A stretch of DNA of 50,964 bases from Vicugna vicugna (Eukaryota). Under the pieces are notes generated by a model. The model was not told the origin of the DNA, searched no databases, and worked only from the letters and a program-made list of their open reading frames with translations. A program made the translations under genes and the position numbers. Shown piece after piece: positions 36,340 through 50,099 of this stretch. The stretch covers positions 1 to 50,964 of the forward strand of contig PNXW01019614.1 in assembly GCA_013265495.1 (NCBI GenBank), given 5' to 3'. Numbering within the stretch: position 1 is the stretch's first letter; every line of letters starts with the position of its first letter.

Positions 36340-38140
36340 ATCCTCATTTCATCTCCCTTTGCTGGCTCCTTCTAGTCAGTGGGAAGTCCTGTCCAACTAA
36401 ACAACGAAAATATAAAAGAAAAAATAAACGCTCTCCATCCTACTCCTTTCTTGACATCTTCTATTTCTCTTTCCCTTCACAGCCTGTTTCTTTGAGAGGG
36501 CAGGCTCTAATGTTTGTTCCGTTTCCTCACTGCCTACCCATTCCCCACCCCACACAATCTGGCTCCTACCCTCACCATTCCACCGAAATTAGCCTTGCAA
36601 AGTTACAAATGGTCTCCTAGTTGCTTGATGCAGTGGACGCCATGTGCTTCCCCAGCTTATATACTAAAACTGGAAGGATGTGGAGAAGGTGATCGTGGTC
36701 TTTGGGCAAGAATGACAAGCAAATTCATGCAGCGTCTCATATTTTTAGAGTAGGAACTCTTCTGTTATATATACATATATATCTAGATATAGCTAGATAG
36801 AGAATGCATTTACATATAGAAAAAGTCTGGAAAAATATGCATCAAAATGTTAACAATAGTTATGCTGGGTGTTGGGATTTAGGGAAATTCTTAAATTATA
36901 CATTATATATATTTTTCACTAAACACATATTTTCACTATATATAGATCATTATGTAAGTTGAATATATATACTCAACTTATATATATATATATATATATT
37001 CAACTTATATAATGATCATATATACCTTATCTAAATAAAGATAAATCTATCACCTCAAAATACCCAGTGGCCTCCTTTTCAGTTACCTTACTTGAATTCT
37101 CAGCAGTATTTGACAATATTAATATGGTGCTCTGGCCATGGTTTCAAAGACACCATTCTCTCCTGGTCTTCCTCTACCCTTCTGGCATCCTGTTCTCAGT
37201 CCTTCCCTGCCCTACACACAGTATCCGGCTGCTGCCATTCATGTCTGTAGCTTATATTCTGTTGAAAACTCCCAAATCTATTTCTCTAGCTCAGGGCTTC
37301 CGCCTGGATTCCAGCCCCCTGGAAGCAATCATTTACTAGTTTTCCAAACCCTTCCAAGTCAACACACTTAAGAGTGAACTCATCACCTTTCCCTCCAAAT
37401 TGGTCCAACTCCTCTGTCATCGGAGCAGAACCGCTATGTATCCATCAAGCCCCGTCTGAAATGTAGGAGTCATTTTAATTCCTTTTCCTTTCGCTTACCT
37501 CCTGCATCAAAATATTCATTAGGTCAAAAGAATTCTCTTGATATTTCATAAATACCACTTTTTTTTCTCTATCACCACTGCCTTAAACAAGGCCGTCATT
37601 ATTTCTTCCTCAGATTATTGAAAAGTCTCTGGACCAGTCATGTTGCCTTCAGTCTTAGCCCCTGCTCTGATTCCTCCTCTACGCAGCAGGGTTTTTTTTT
37701 TCCCTCGAAGTAAAAACTACACCATGTTACTCTGTGTTGAAAAGCCTCTGCTGACTTCCACGGCAGAAGAATAAAGTTCCAATTATATCTGCTGGCCTTC
37801 AGTATTGATTCATTACATAGCATCCATCCGGCTCGCATCTCAAGTCTCCATGAACTCGAGATTTAGTGCAGCGCGCCTTGTCCTCGGCACACGCCACGTC
37901 CTGGCACCTCTCAGCCTCTGATCGTGTCTTTCCTCCCACAGGGGAGCGTCTCCCTGTTTTCTTCACTTGCCTTACTCTCCGTTATGCTCTGAAACACGTC
38001 ATTTCTTGAACGTCTTAGACCCAGCCTTGCTCTCGGAGCACACCCTGCTTCCTCTCAGTGAGCCCTGTTCACACTCCATTTCAATTGTTCAATCATTTGT
38101 CTCTATCACGCTGGAATGTCAGAATCCTTGAGGACAACAC
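36340..38140 (+). mobile_element. Fragmented LINE-2 region with an interposed AT-rich segment and (TA)n at ~36979-36998
   Basis: L2-like motifs (CTCCTACCCTCACCATTCCACCGAAA; ATTCTCAGCAGTATTTGACA; CCCAAATCTATTTCTCTAGC; CTGGAATGTCAGAATCCTTGAGGACA). Confidence 0.6.
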
Positions 38141-39552
38141 TGCGAATTCGATATTTTTAATAAACACATACATAAACAATTAGCATAAAAGAGGCTGATG
38201 TAATGCAAAGACATCACAGGGATGCAAAACAAGGCCTCCTGAATGAATCTACCCACAAGACATTAGTGTCATTCTTCACTAAAGTGAACACAGGCGCATC
38301 TAAAGGAAGTTGTTCTACCCCAATGCCGACAGCTTCGAGAGCTCAGGATTCTGGAGCAACTCCAGGAAAAAATTCAGAACTCGAATGAGAGCCATCCCTA
38401 CTGACAAGCATCAGGTCTTCTGAGAAGGCACTCCGCTCCAGGAGGGTCAGGACGTAATGCAGGGAACACAGCACACGCAGTGGGAAAACCAGTCTTTGCT
38501 TATATCTGTATTTTTCAGACGCCGAAGTGACTGTCTCGGCAGGCAAGTCACCCGCTTCATCTGAAATTACAGGGCGGCACCTTCATGAGCCTGGAAGAAC
38601 CAGATGGCCTTCTGCATTCGCATTTGAGACTGACATGCATAGTTACAACATTTCAGTGAATGCCTTGCAACCAATTATTTTCAGTTCTTATAGTGCAAAC
38701 CAAATGATATGGTAACTATGTGTGACTATCGGGGGCTTATTTAAAATATTCTGTACGGACCGCCAAGTAATCTTTGTTAACCAAATTTAAACGTGGTCTT
38801 TCACACACTGGTGTTTCTGACCTCACGACAGGTGGCTCTTCAGTACTTGAGAGAAATTACCCACAGTCAGTGGGTAGAACCTTGATCCAGGCTCCTGTCT
38901 CTCCTGTGCCCCCAAACAGGCATGCATGAACCCTCCCTCTGAACAGATGAGGAACAGTGGAAAACAAAGGGCCTCAAACAGCACTGAGTACAGATTAGGT
39001 TGAAACGATAATGTAACTGGCAAGGAAAATACTGCATCTCATAGACGTGGTCCTGCACTAACCCCCAAAGCCTGGGGCTCTTCCTCTTGAACACAACCTC
39101 AGTTCACTCAAATACTGTGCATCCACAGCTTTGGGTCAGGGCTGGGTCCTGCTCAATTAAGTGGACTTCCACATGACTGGAATTTCCACTTTGCCCTTTT
39201 AGTTGAAGTTGGGATCTGACAGCAGGTCAGCTAAGGACTTCTGGGGAAGGTTTTCCTAGGGGACAGACAGGCACGTCATTCCTCCCTGTGCGCTGCTGTA
39301 ACAGCACGTGACACTGCTGCGTCCACTCGGTAGCCTCCAACAGCTGAGGATAACAAAGCAGAAAGAAGGAAGGCACTTGGGTCTTTTATGACGATAATAC
39401 ATTCCACTGGCCAAGGCTGAAGCCACCCTGCCTTTAGAAATGGTAGATATGATTTCATATTACTTGCAGCTCAAAAGCCTCCTAACTGACCTATTACTGA
39501 TGGCTTCCGAGTAACATCCCTGATGTTGACATTGGCAGACTTGCAGCACATA

Positions 39553-39771
39553 CAGCGGGGCTGGCACAGTGCAGCCCGCAGGTGAATCCTGTCAACCACC
39601 TGCTTTTGTAAATAAAGTTTTATTGAAACACAGCCACTCTTTTTCCTATTGCTTATGGTTGATTTCTTGCTCCAAGAGTAGTACTGAGTAGTTGTAACAG
39701 AGAGTGTTTGGCTCACCGACCTGAAAATATGTAGTACCTGGCTCTTTACAGAAAAAGGTCGCCAGCCCCTA
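39553..39771 (+). mobile_element. MER58A-like hAT/Charlie DNA transposon
   Basis: GGGGCTGGCA...TTTTGTAAATAAAGTTTTATTGAAACACAGCCAC...GAGTAGTTGTAACAGAGA...TTTACAGAAAAAGGTCGCCAGCCCCT; inverted termini GGGGCTGGC/GCCAGCCCC. Confidence 0.85.
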
Positions 39772-42700
39772 TTCCACATCAGTTGATCTGAGCAGAAAGC
39801 TGTATCACCAGATGATCTTTCCTAGAAGCCAGTTTGGATGTTCTGATCATCGTGAAGTTCTGTGGGGCCAGGGCTGATTCACGTCGTGCAGTGTTAAAGT
39901 CCCACGCTACAAAGGGCACCCCCACCCAAAATACCAAAAATGATCCTGTTGAGAAACACTCCTCACAACTGTAATGACCCTTCACTCTATGCCATGGCTG
40001 GGGGCACATGAACTTTTGTTTTACATTATACCTAGAAGTGGGGCTACATTCACCAGCATAGGCAAACAGCAAACGAGGATCTGGTACCATACACACTATT
40101 GATCCATATTAGGTGTTTGCTGTTCAATTATAGGAAATATGTTTATCATTACTTTAGGGGATTTTTTTTTAATCAGGATTTTCTGTTTTGGGAGCTCATT
40201 TCGATGCAAACACAACACTCCGAGCTCTATTCTAAAACACAACTTGGCTCCACACGCATTTTTATTGAAGCATATTTTTCTCATAGTCATGAATTTTTTA
40301 GTGCTTTCTACCTTCCATTTTACAGAGCGATTATAATTTCTTTGGAATTCCTTTTATATTAAGCAGCATTTTCTAAATGATAATTATTCTAATTCCTGCT
40401 TTAATAAAAAAAAAAGGACCTTAAAATATGTTATTGTAAGGAACTAAATTAGCCTCAGTATGAAGATCTGAATTGGAAGGAAATGTCTATGCATCTGAAA
40501 CCACTAGCTGTTTAACAATCAAGGAATCTCTCTACCCTTAACTCTACCGTCAGCTGAGCATGAAAACTGTAGGGCTTGAAAATATGGGAATTGCATTCAT
40601 AAAAACAATTCAGGGGACATAAACAAATCTACCCCCACTGGAACTTACCCTAGGTCCTAGGAAGCATAAGTCACCTAAAAGTGTTCTTTCAGTCAATACA
40701 CTGCAAAACTAACAACGGGGACAGTCAGGCTGAGGAGCTGCTCCAGCGAGACCAGGAGGATGATGGAGTAAGTGGTCTAGACATTTAGTAAACCAACAAG
40801 TAGCACTTCAGCTTTTCAGATTTGAGCCAACTGATTTTTTTTTTCTGCTTTGCAGAATATAAGGCAGTAACAGGAAGGCACTGGCGTGCGCCAGCTTCAT
40901 GTGTTGCAAATGTTGCCCCAGTTTACTCATTGCTTTCACGCTCTTTGTCAGATGCTCTTTGCCACTTTATTTTTTTATCTCTCACCAGGCTCTAGGATAG
41001 TAACTGCACAGCCCAGTGACATGGATATACCCCCTCAGGTGGAAAAAACTGATACTTCTTTAAAGAGGTGTGAATATCTCACTTACAACTATTAACAGCC
41101 ATGATCTAGTTCTCAATTACAGCAATTACCGTATCACAATCTAAGACTCATTCATCAAATATTCATTGAGCCTCTATGTATGATCCAAAGGATCCTCTGT
41201 TGATCATCCTCTCTGTTTCTTTGTATCTCATTTTATAACACGACTCCACCAACAGTTCAACTCTGGCAATGCTCAATTCACCTAAATTTCTTTCTTACCT
41301 TTTGACACTCTACTCAAAAGAATCATGGACTGTCTCCCTAAATAGTTCAACTTGCAGACTCTCGCTAACTGTTCTGGACTTGGTTTCTATTTCTCCTTTC
41401 ATGTGCCTTCCCTGACACATCCATTTAGAATGAATAAGCGCGCCTAGTGTACTCCCCATGGAGCATAGTATTGGAACATCTTGCCATAAGGGCAATAATT
41501 ATGCTCCACTGTAACTGCTTGCATAGCCAGCAACCCAAGCAAGAACAAAGGCCATGGCACTGAGCCTGTGCCCAGCCTGGGTCACAGACCCCTTCCCCCA
41601 CCCCATGCCCTACACAGCAATGCCCACAGTACTTCTACTTCTCCCCGTAATTAGAGCTCATTACATTTTATTCTTATCTCACCTTCTAGAGAATATAATG
41701 CTTGAATCCAGAAACTGCGTTCCCAGGAACAATTCTCCCAGGATCTGGTACAGAAGCCAAAACACAACAGGTGTTCAATCAATAATGATTTAATTAATGA
41801 ATGAATGTCCATGACCAAATAACATCCTGGTGACTTCGCTTCCGCATGCGAGACTTGAACCCGCATCACCTCATCAATTGAAATCCTCCCCCATATTACG
41901 TCTCCGAAAATACCTTCCCAATTGGAATGTGTTCCTTCTCACACTTTCCAGTCCCCTCTCCTGGCTTGTTTCATCAACCTCTCTCACTTGGTGAACACTC
42001 TTCAGTGTCAATTACACGCTTATTGTGGTGAATCACAATTGAAGTAATTTTAGAAGGTGAGACATTTGCTAAGCTAAGAGGAAAAGAGCCTAATGAAATT
42101 CAAATATCTTTCCTTGCTTATTATCGAAATTTACAGTTGTTTGCATGGCTCTCCTTAATGAATACAGCTATTTTCATCTCCAGCTGAATCCCTGATCTCT
42201 TTCTTGTTTCTGTTTAAAACTATCTTTCCGCCCCGGGAAATCAAGAAATAATCTTTCTTTTTTTAAACCAGATTTGCCTAGAGCTTCCCTCACATTTGTT
42301 ATGAAAAAAAAAATTACTAAAACATATTTTGGGAGTTCCCCTGAAAAGGAGTGGAAGAAAAATAAGGAAAGCAAGAAGGGGGCGGGTGAGGGGAGAAGGG
42401 GGGAGAGGGAGAGAGACAGCGCCCATGTGGCTCAAGAAAGCCTGATGAACGTCCAATTATGGAGATGCTACTAACAATGTGCCTGAGATAACGGACTGGC
42501 CAGTTTCTTCCAAAGCCCTAATAACCTTTATAGCAAAATTGGAAACGAAGTAAAAACATGGTGAAATGAATCTTCTAGCTCTTTCAACCTAGACTGAATT
42601 TCCTTTCCTTGTGTTTATTGTCAGTCATGAAAAATTCAACTTCTTGCATAAAAACAATGTTTATTTATAGAACATATACATGCACCTGATTTTTTTTTTT

Positions 42701-42852
42701 GCATGGTTGTCTGCAGTGGTTGAACTGAGTTATTTAAGATTGAAGGTCTACATCTAATCATTTTCATAATTTCTCTAAACCCATGTTGAGTCTAAGAAGC
42801 ACATATAAAAGAATGAATAAATGTGAATTCTCTAGAGAAATGAATATTCTCT

Positions 42853-42950
42853 AAAAATGAATAAATCAGTAAACCTAATTACCCCCCCAGATTAAATAAA
42901 TAATTTAAAAATTAAATTAAATTAAAAAGAATTTTTAAAAATAAATAAAA
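42853..42950 (+). mobile_element. Tail-only remnant of the camelid SINE
   Basis: AAAAATGAATAAATCAGTAAACCTAATTACCCCCCC plus an AT-rich tail; the tRNA-derived head is missing. Confidence 0.65.
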
Positions 42951-44380
42951 TTCATAGCATAGTACTTGGAGCATTATCATAAATTATTCATAAATTACTG
43001 TCTTACATATGTTAGAATAGAATGGGGATGTTTTAACTTTGGAAATCTTATACACACACATTGATTCTAAAAAGGCAATTTCACTATCTGATAGTGAATT
43101 GGTCAAAACTGTCAAAAAGGAACATTTCTTTTGTAATTTGACTAAGTACACATTTCATATTTCCTCCCTAACCAAAGGAATTAAATTTTCATAGTATTTA
43201 TTACTTACATAGTTACATGCTTCAAATGAATACCACTCCTTGGAAAATGGCTCAAATCACCATAGTAGATGGTGAAGAAGTACTTTCAACACTTAATTAG
43301 CATGTATTGAGTAACTGAGAGGGTTTTTTTGTTGTTGTTTTGTTTTGTTTCTTTAGGACTTAACACTGCCTTGGGGTTAGTCCCTATTTTGTAACTTTAG
43401 GTTGTGTTAGGTGATTGGAAGATGAGTTTGTTTTCTGTGTTTCTTATCATATATGTCTTTAAAATGTAGAGCAGATGATTCTTTTTGTTGTAAGATTGAT
43501 GAACTGTTCTACATAATTAAAATTAAGGTGAACTCTGTTGGTAATAAGAGCAGGGAGCATAGGAGTGGTTAGTTTTTACAAATTTGTAGAGTGGGGTTAT
43601 TAACATTAAATTCTATTTTGCATTTTGAGAATTACTAATTATCTGCTGTATTGAATACAAGTCTCTTGAGGGAAATTTTGTAGAAAAAGAACACTGTTAT
43701 CTTATGTTAGAAATTTACCCATCCAGTTGACTCAGTAAAATCTAATTTGAAAAGATTGATTATAACTTGATATTTTAGAAGTTTACTGAGAAAATGTTCC
43801 CAAATTTAAAAATACATTTGCTGCTTAGAACTTGGCTGAGGAAATAGAAGTAAGTTATGGTTAAGCAATAGTAACTAATCCATATATGATTGGGTTAAAG
43901 TAAACAAAAACTGAAAATAATTTTAAAATTCCTCAGTGTCTTTAACTGAAAAGGGCAAATCTTACATATGAAAGGAATATCAGTAGGCTCACCCCTCAGG
44001 GGGCTTCTGGAAACTGCAGGAGAATGAATTACCTTTGTGGCACTGCATCACCTGTTGAGTTTTTAAATCATTGTCATCTAATCTTTTCTGAATCATACTG
44101 AAGTCATCCTTAACTCAGGACTCAGAATTCCTAGTGTTTAAGAGACTTGCAAATTAGGAGTTTAAAGCCATGTCATCTTGTTTTCTTCATTCATTCATTT
44201 ATTTATCTGTCAAAATGTTTATTTATAAGTGCCAGTCACATGTGTGTGAAGTGCTGTGCTAAGTAAGGTGCTTACAGTAACCAGATCTTGTCTGCAGCCA
44301 GTTTCCTAGGAATTTAAGGAATTCTAAGCCTAACTGTTATCCAGAAGTGTGACTTATCTTGCTGTTTCATCTCTGTTAAG

Positions 44381-44544
44381 GTCTTCAGGTCAAGTTCCTC
44401 TTGGAGACGCTTGTTCTGCAAGTACCAGCCAGACAGTTGCTATTCCTTCTGGGGAAACCAGATCAGTCAAGTTGCACTGAACCCAGCTGGCACCTTCCTC
44501 TATGCAGCTTCTGGAAATGCGGTCAGAATGTGAGATCTTAAAAG
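44381..44544 (+). pseudogene. KIF21A: KIF21A-like exon A ([52 protein letters not shown])
   Basis: Acceptor CTGTTAAG|G; 1-bp deletion near 44455-44457; TGG>TGA at 44531-44533; donor reads GCAGAA. Confidence 0.92.
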
Positions 44545-46490
44545 GCAGAATTTTAAAGGAAAATGTATTTTTTGCATACAGCAAATGTATTTTTTCACTC
44601 ATCATTAGTGCATGTTAAATCTAATTTTTATAACCCCATAAGTTAATATAAAATCTTAGGCTTTTCTGTTGAAAACAACACTCCTAAATGTCTCTTCTGT
44701 CCTCACTAGCAAACTCATGATTTTCCTTCTTTAATCTCCATTGCTGGGGAAAATGTATATGAAGGAAAACAACCTTCCTTAATACATGTCTCCCAGTTGT
44801 GTTGTTTACCAAGAAGAGACCCAGACTCTCATCCTACCGGCATCAGCACCTTTGAAAGAATTATTTTTTGTAACATCAGTCATGCATCTTATATCTCAAG
44901 TTTTTCAGTTTATAAACTTTACAACTTTGCACATAAATCCTCACAGGATTTTGGTGAATATGAAATAATATATGTAAAAAATGAAGTATTAAGAAGATGA
45001 AGTGAGTAAAAAGAGAAAAAGGATAAATTGAAGTATGAACTTTTATCCTTCATTTGAGTGTTTAGTTCTTTAAATCTTGGGAGCAATAGAATATTAATTT
45101 ATTAGTTAACAAATAGTTATTCAAGATCAATTATGGCAGATGCTGTACCAACACCATGATAGACACTGGGGATAAAGACTAAGCCAGACAAACGTGGGGT
45201 CCACCTTCTTAGAACTCATCTCATAATGGAGGATAAAGGCCATTGAACAAGCAATTACAGGATACTGAGTTAAGTTTGCAATTCAGGAAATTCAGGTAAT
45301 AATCCAATCTAGAAGGAATTTGTTAGTGGTTAATAAAAGGGAAATTTATTTTAGAAATTTTCAGAATAACTAGTTATAGCTTGTAATAATTTAATGCATG
45401 ACTGAAAAGTATAATAAACCTAATTTATATATAAATAAATGAGAGAGAAAGAGAAAGAAGAAACACAGCCCTGAGTACTGTTTTAAAAATGAAAAGTAGA
45501 AAAATAAAGATTGCTTGTTTAAGAAAATTAGGAAAGAGAGGAAGACTTGGTTTATTCTTGGAGTCAGAGTACTGTGGAGGAAGAAACTTAGTCATAACAT
45601 GAGGCAGAGAAGATCAGCTTTTGAAAATCTTTACACTTTCTTTTCTGCTGAAGAGTTAGATCCTTTGAAACCTGCTTGATTTCAGCAACATGATTAAATA
45701 CAGATTCATCTTAACAAAGTAACTAAGAAAAAAGTTGTCAAGAAATGGTAATGTTCTGGAAGTGAAATATATCTCTGCATCCCATCAGCTTGATTTGAGG
45801 CAGGGCTACGAAACAAAGTTTCACTGTCACCCCTGGATAATTGACATCATGTGTTTTCCTACCAGTCAGATACATTCCTGGTCATTTTCATATCTTTAAA
45901 ATAACTGATGAAATGGACTACCTATTTACTGGTGCACATGTGTACACACATAATGCCCATACATGTGTGTGTATATGTGTGCACATGTGTATATAAGATG
46001 GGTGTACATATACGTGCATGTGTATGTATGAAAATATATGTGTGTAAAAAATAACCTTACATTTTCCATATTGTTATTTTCTAGTTATATCAGTGATGTA
46101 GTTGTTTTAATCCAATTTCACACTGGGTCTGATAACATCAGTCATATGTCTATAACATGTGTGGACATTTAACTGGTTAAAGTTTACCTGGACTTAGGTG
46201 GGAGTTAAAATTAACCTGTAGCAAGTTTTTGGACTTTTGGTGCCTTTTTGTTTACTACCTGAATCACATTAGTCACTTTGGAATAACTTGTTTAGTACTC
46301 CTGATGCTTCCATCATAGTTTGGCCAGTTTTTGACTGTTAATTTGAACAGAGTTGTATAGAGGTGGAGTTAAATCAAGTAGAAAATGATGAGCAGTTTTA
46401 TCAAAGAATATAGATTATTTTTGTTGAGGATTAGCCTTAGCACGCTAAGAAATATTTCCAAACAAAATTATTTTTATTTTATTTTTTAAG

Positions 46491-46606
46491 GTCTCAGTCC
46501 ACAGGAAAGTTACAGGACACCTAGCCCTGTTACATGTCTTACTGTAGATCAGATTTCCAATGGACAAGATCGAATCATCACTGGCTCCAAGGGTCATTAC
46601 ATCAAA
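46491..46606 (+). pseudogene. KIF21A: KIF21A-like exon B ([37 protein letters not shown])
   Basis: Acceptor TTTTTTAAG|G; two 1-bp deletions near 46512 and 46524; donor GTGTGT. Confidence 0.92.
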
Positions 46607-47983
46607 GTGTGTGTGATAGAGCTGTTGAAATATATTCTCCTATTAAATGATAGAGTTAAAGTATTTGGATACACCTAGGACTCTTTTTTCTTAATCAGTT
46701 TTCTGTTTTCTCATTTCTAGCCTTTGCTTCCTCTCCCTGATCTTCCTCACTCATAGTTCCTGATTTTGTTGTCTTAGTATTTATACATATATGATCACTT
46801 GTCATAGAAGTGGGAGGGATTTTAAAGACTTGTTGGCTCAGTCATCCAAGTACTGCTTAAGTCCCATTATCACCATCTTTTATATTGAACATATTATGGG
46901 CTTCAGGTTTTACACAAGTAGCAGATAAGATGAGGAGAGATGCATAGTTTTATTCTGGAGATGGTAAGTTTGAGGATTTCCTTGTGAAGCCCAGTAGGCC
47001 ATTTGAAAGACAAGTCCAGGGCTCAAGATAAGCTATAACTAGACATGTGTGTTTCAGAGCCAGTCAGATAGAAGCAGGTGTTCAAGGAGTTAGAGTAGTT
47101 GACATGGCCAAAGGAGCAAGAAGTTGACATGACTCAGCCTTGGGGAATCCTACAAGAACCAACGGGAATAAAAGAGGATACAGTGATAGAGCTAGGAAGC
47201 ATATAAGTGCTCCTTTTTAAGGAACTTTGATTAAGAGATGAGAAATGGGTTAGTGACTTGAAAAGAGAGTGGTTAAGGAGAGAGGATTTTGTATTCTATA
47301 GACTTGAGTGTGTTTAAATGCTTAGGAGATGGGCTCAGTGGAGAGGGAAGGTGTGAACAGAAAAGGGGTGGCAATTGATGAATCAGACGAAAAAAGAGAT
47401 CAAAGATGTGAACCTTGGAAAGAAGTAAGGACATTTAGCAACTGAAAAGAAGGAATGAGTAAAAAAATGTTTGAGGATAAAAGGAAACTTTTTTAACTAG
47501 AAGGAGGGTCCAGAAAGTTTATTTTTGATCACACTAGCCTTTGCAGAACATTACAAGGTCAACAGCTGAGAGATGAAGGCAACTGAAGGGAGTGAAAAGT
47601 TCTTAACAGCAGCTCTGGGGTATTTGCGATGACCACCAGGAGAGGTACCTAACAGTGGTGAAATAACCATCATGTCACTTATTTGAACTGCAACTGGATT
47701 GATATTCAGTATTTTTAGAATTGAACATACCATTTGTGCACTCATACATGAAAAAAATTGTTACCTTTAAATGCCTAACATGTAAGCAAAAGTAATGTGA
47801 AAATGGGCTCAGGTTCATTCTGAGTCATTCTTAGCAGGTTTTTTAAATTAACTTAGTCAAATATCACAACAAAACAAATCATGTCTGGTTAATATGCATC
47901 TCATGTATCTCAATAAATGAACACATATGGGTACTTATTTGTAAGTTAAATAGGATGACTGCTTTCTTTCTGCTTTCATTTAG

Positions 47984-48154
47984 ATGTTTGATGTAACTGA
48001 AGGGGCTCTTGGAACTGTGAGTCCCACCCACAGTTTCGAGCCCCCTCATTATGATGGCATTGAAGCACTAACCATACAAGAGGATAACCTACTTACTGGG
48101 TCCAGAGACAATAGAATCAAGAAATGGAATCTGGCTCAAAAAGACCTTCTACAG
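47984..48154 (+). pseudogene. KIF21A: KIF21A-like exon C ([57 protein letters not shown])
   Basis: Open 57-codon exon, TTTCATTTAG|ATG ... CAG|GTAATG; several substitutions at conserved WD40 positions (G>E, G>R, WD>WN). Confidence 0.95.
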
Positions 48155-49444
48155 GTAATGCACTGGATAGACTGGGTACTTCAAATTCACCAGTATTCTC
48201 TATAAGAACTTGAAGAGCCTCTAAGTATAACTTCATCATTTAAAGATGATATCAGTCAGGTCTTCCTCTTCAAGAGTGTTTCATTGTTACCCACCAGAGT
48301 TATTAATTATGAAAAGGGCAACATTCAACACTTAATGATAACCTCTTAGATAAGAATAGGCCCTGATAAGAATTGGGAGATCTGGGATTGCCCTGTGCAT
48401 TTGCTTATTAAATTAAATCAGTCTCAGAGCAAAGCAGTTACAGTTTCTCATTTTGTTTTGTTTTTGCTTTAGGTATGCACAGTCCAAAGAAATCTAAATG
48501 TAGCTGAAGTCAGAGAAGTGTAAATGGTGCCTCCTCTGCAGGAGCATGTTCATACCTCCACGAGTAGTGGTTCTCTCTCTTCCTGTAGAATGGTGGTTGG
48601 GTTGAAGCATTTTGTCAGTACAATCAAATATTAGTGGCTTTCCTTAATTCCCAGAGGAAAAAATGAATTAACACATGAACTTGTTCTCAGGTTCCGGCTT
48701 TCTCTTCTATCCATCTGGGCACGTTTGTCCTGCTGTTGCTGTCACTTTCCTGTGACAACCAGATGGAAAGCAAATGAACAAGTAGCCTGAATGTTGATAG
48801 AAAAAACCTGGCAACAGATGCAGACATTACATTCAAAAGCATTTCTTTTATAGATAAACATTCTTGGATGTAACTTCTATATTATGCATAGAAACATATT
48901 TATGCATAAAGTATGATCATAATGTCTGAGCTTATAATTGTCTACTCATTTTGAAATGTATAGTTTAGCTACAGCCTTCAACAGAAAGCTTTAGGCCTCT
49001 ATGTTCTTGCTCAAAATTTAAGGCAGTGATTTTATGAGATAATCCCTAGAGACTACATACCAGGTTAAAGTGTTCAAACTTGCATGAACTATGTGTTAGA
49101 GAAAGGTGAGATAGTTACTCCTTTGAAGAGGAAGTGATATTTGAAAAATCCTGTATACTTTCCAGGTCTTTTAGTTTCTATAGATTTTTAGTATTCTAGC
49201 CCTTTAGTACTGCTAACACTGATGATAACACTGATGATAAGAGGCAAATTGCAGAGCAAATTATAGATTTATTTCTTTAAATCACTAAGAGTGATTGCAT
49301 ACCAACTGATTTTTATAGTTTCCAGGCCAATTCAGTGTTCCAAATATTGAATTTTGTCAGTAAAAACGTTTGTAACTTGTTTTCATACAAAAATTTTGTT
49401 CGGGAGGCTCCTCTTATGTGGATAATTTTCCTTTTTTCTCTCAG

Positions 49445-49643
49445 CAAGTTCCAAACGCACACAAGGATTGGGTCTGTGCCCGGGAATGGTGGCAGGCCAC
49501 CCGGTTTTGCTCAGTGGCTGCAGAGGGGGCATTTTGAAACTCTGGAATGTGGATAACTTTGTGCCCGTCAGAGAGACGGAAGGTCATGATGGCCCCAGCA
49601 AAGCCATAGGTGTTAGTTCCACCCACACTTTTACTGCAGCTGA
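49445..49643 (+). pseudogene. KIF21A: KIF21A-like exon D ([65 protein letters not shown])
   Basis: Acceptor TTTCTCTCAG|CAA; 1-bp deletion near 49481; donor weak (GTCACT). Confidence 0.92.
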
Positions 49644-50099
49644 GTCACTTTTTCTGTGTGATCTTTCTCTACATTTGTTGCTTGTGTTCAGATTTAATAA
49701 ATGCTGTAAGTTGTCAATATCTGGGAATGTAGAACATGCAAAATCCTTCTTTTATTACAGTCACTCTAATGGCTGGCCATGCTGTCTGATTTCTATTTTC
49801 TGAGGTCCATTGTGGGCTCTGAGTTCGGGCTCCCCAGGCACATGATAATAATGTTACTCCTGTATCAGCTCTCTGCTTATACTGGGAAGTCTACTGCCAG
49901 ATCTTCTTCTGGTGATTTTAATATTTTTTAGTCATTCATAGGTGACTAATTTCTACAGATTTTTTTTCTGCAGAAAGTTGACAAACTTGCCATTCTTCAT
50001 ATTTAGAACAGATTATTTTTTAAAAACCTCTTTTTACCTCTCCCACCTCTTTTAAAATACATGGTATTAATATTTGCTCCCTCCCTCTTAGGATGGCTG

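Larger units (their letters stand above)
44381..49643 (+). pseudogene. KIF21A: Unprocessed partial KIF21A pseudogene: four consecutive C-terminal WD40 exons with introns
   Basis: Exons 44381-44544, 46491-46606, 47984-48154 and 49445-49643 are collinear with recalled KIF21A. Observed lengths are 164/116/171/199 vs 165/118/171/200 implied by the protein alignment. Confidence 0.93.

Noticed and set aside
44381..49643. KIF21B, or a functional KIF21A
   Set aside because: [16 protein letters not shown] and [13 protein letters not shown] are KIF21A-type; the in-frame TGA, indels and missing upstream exon argue against function.
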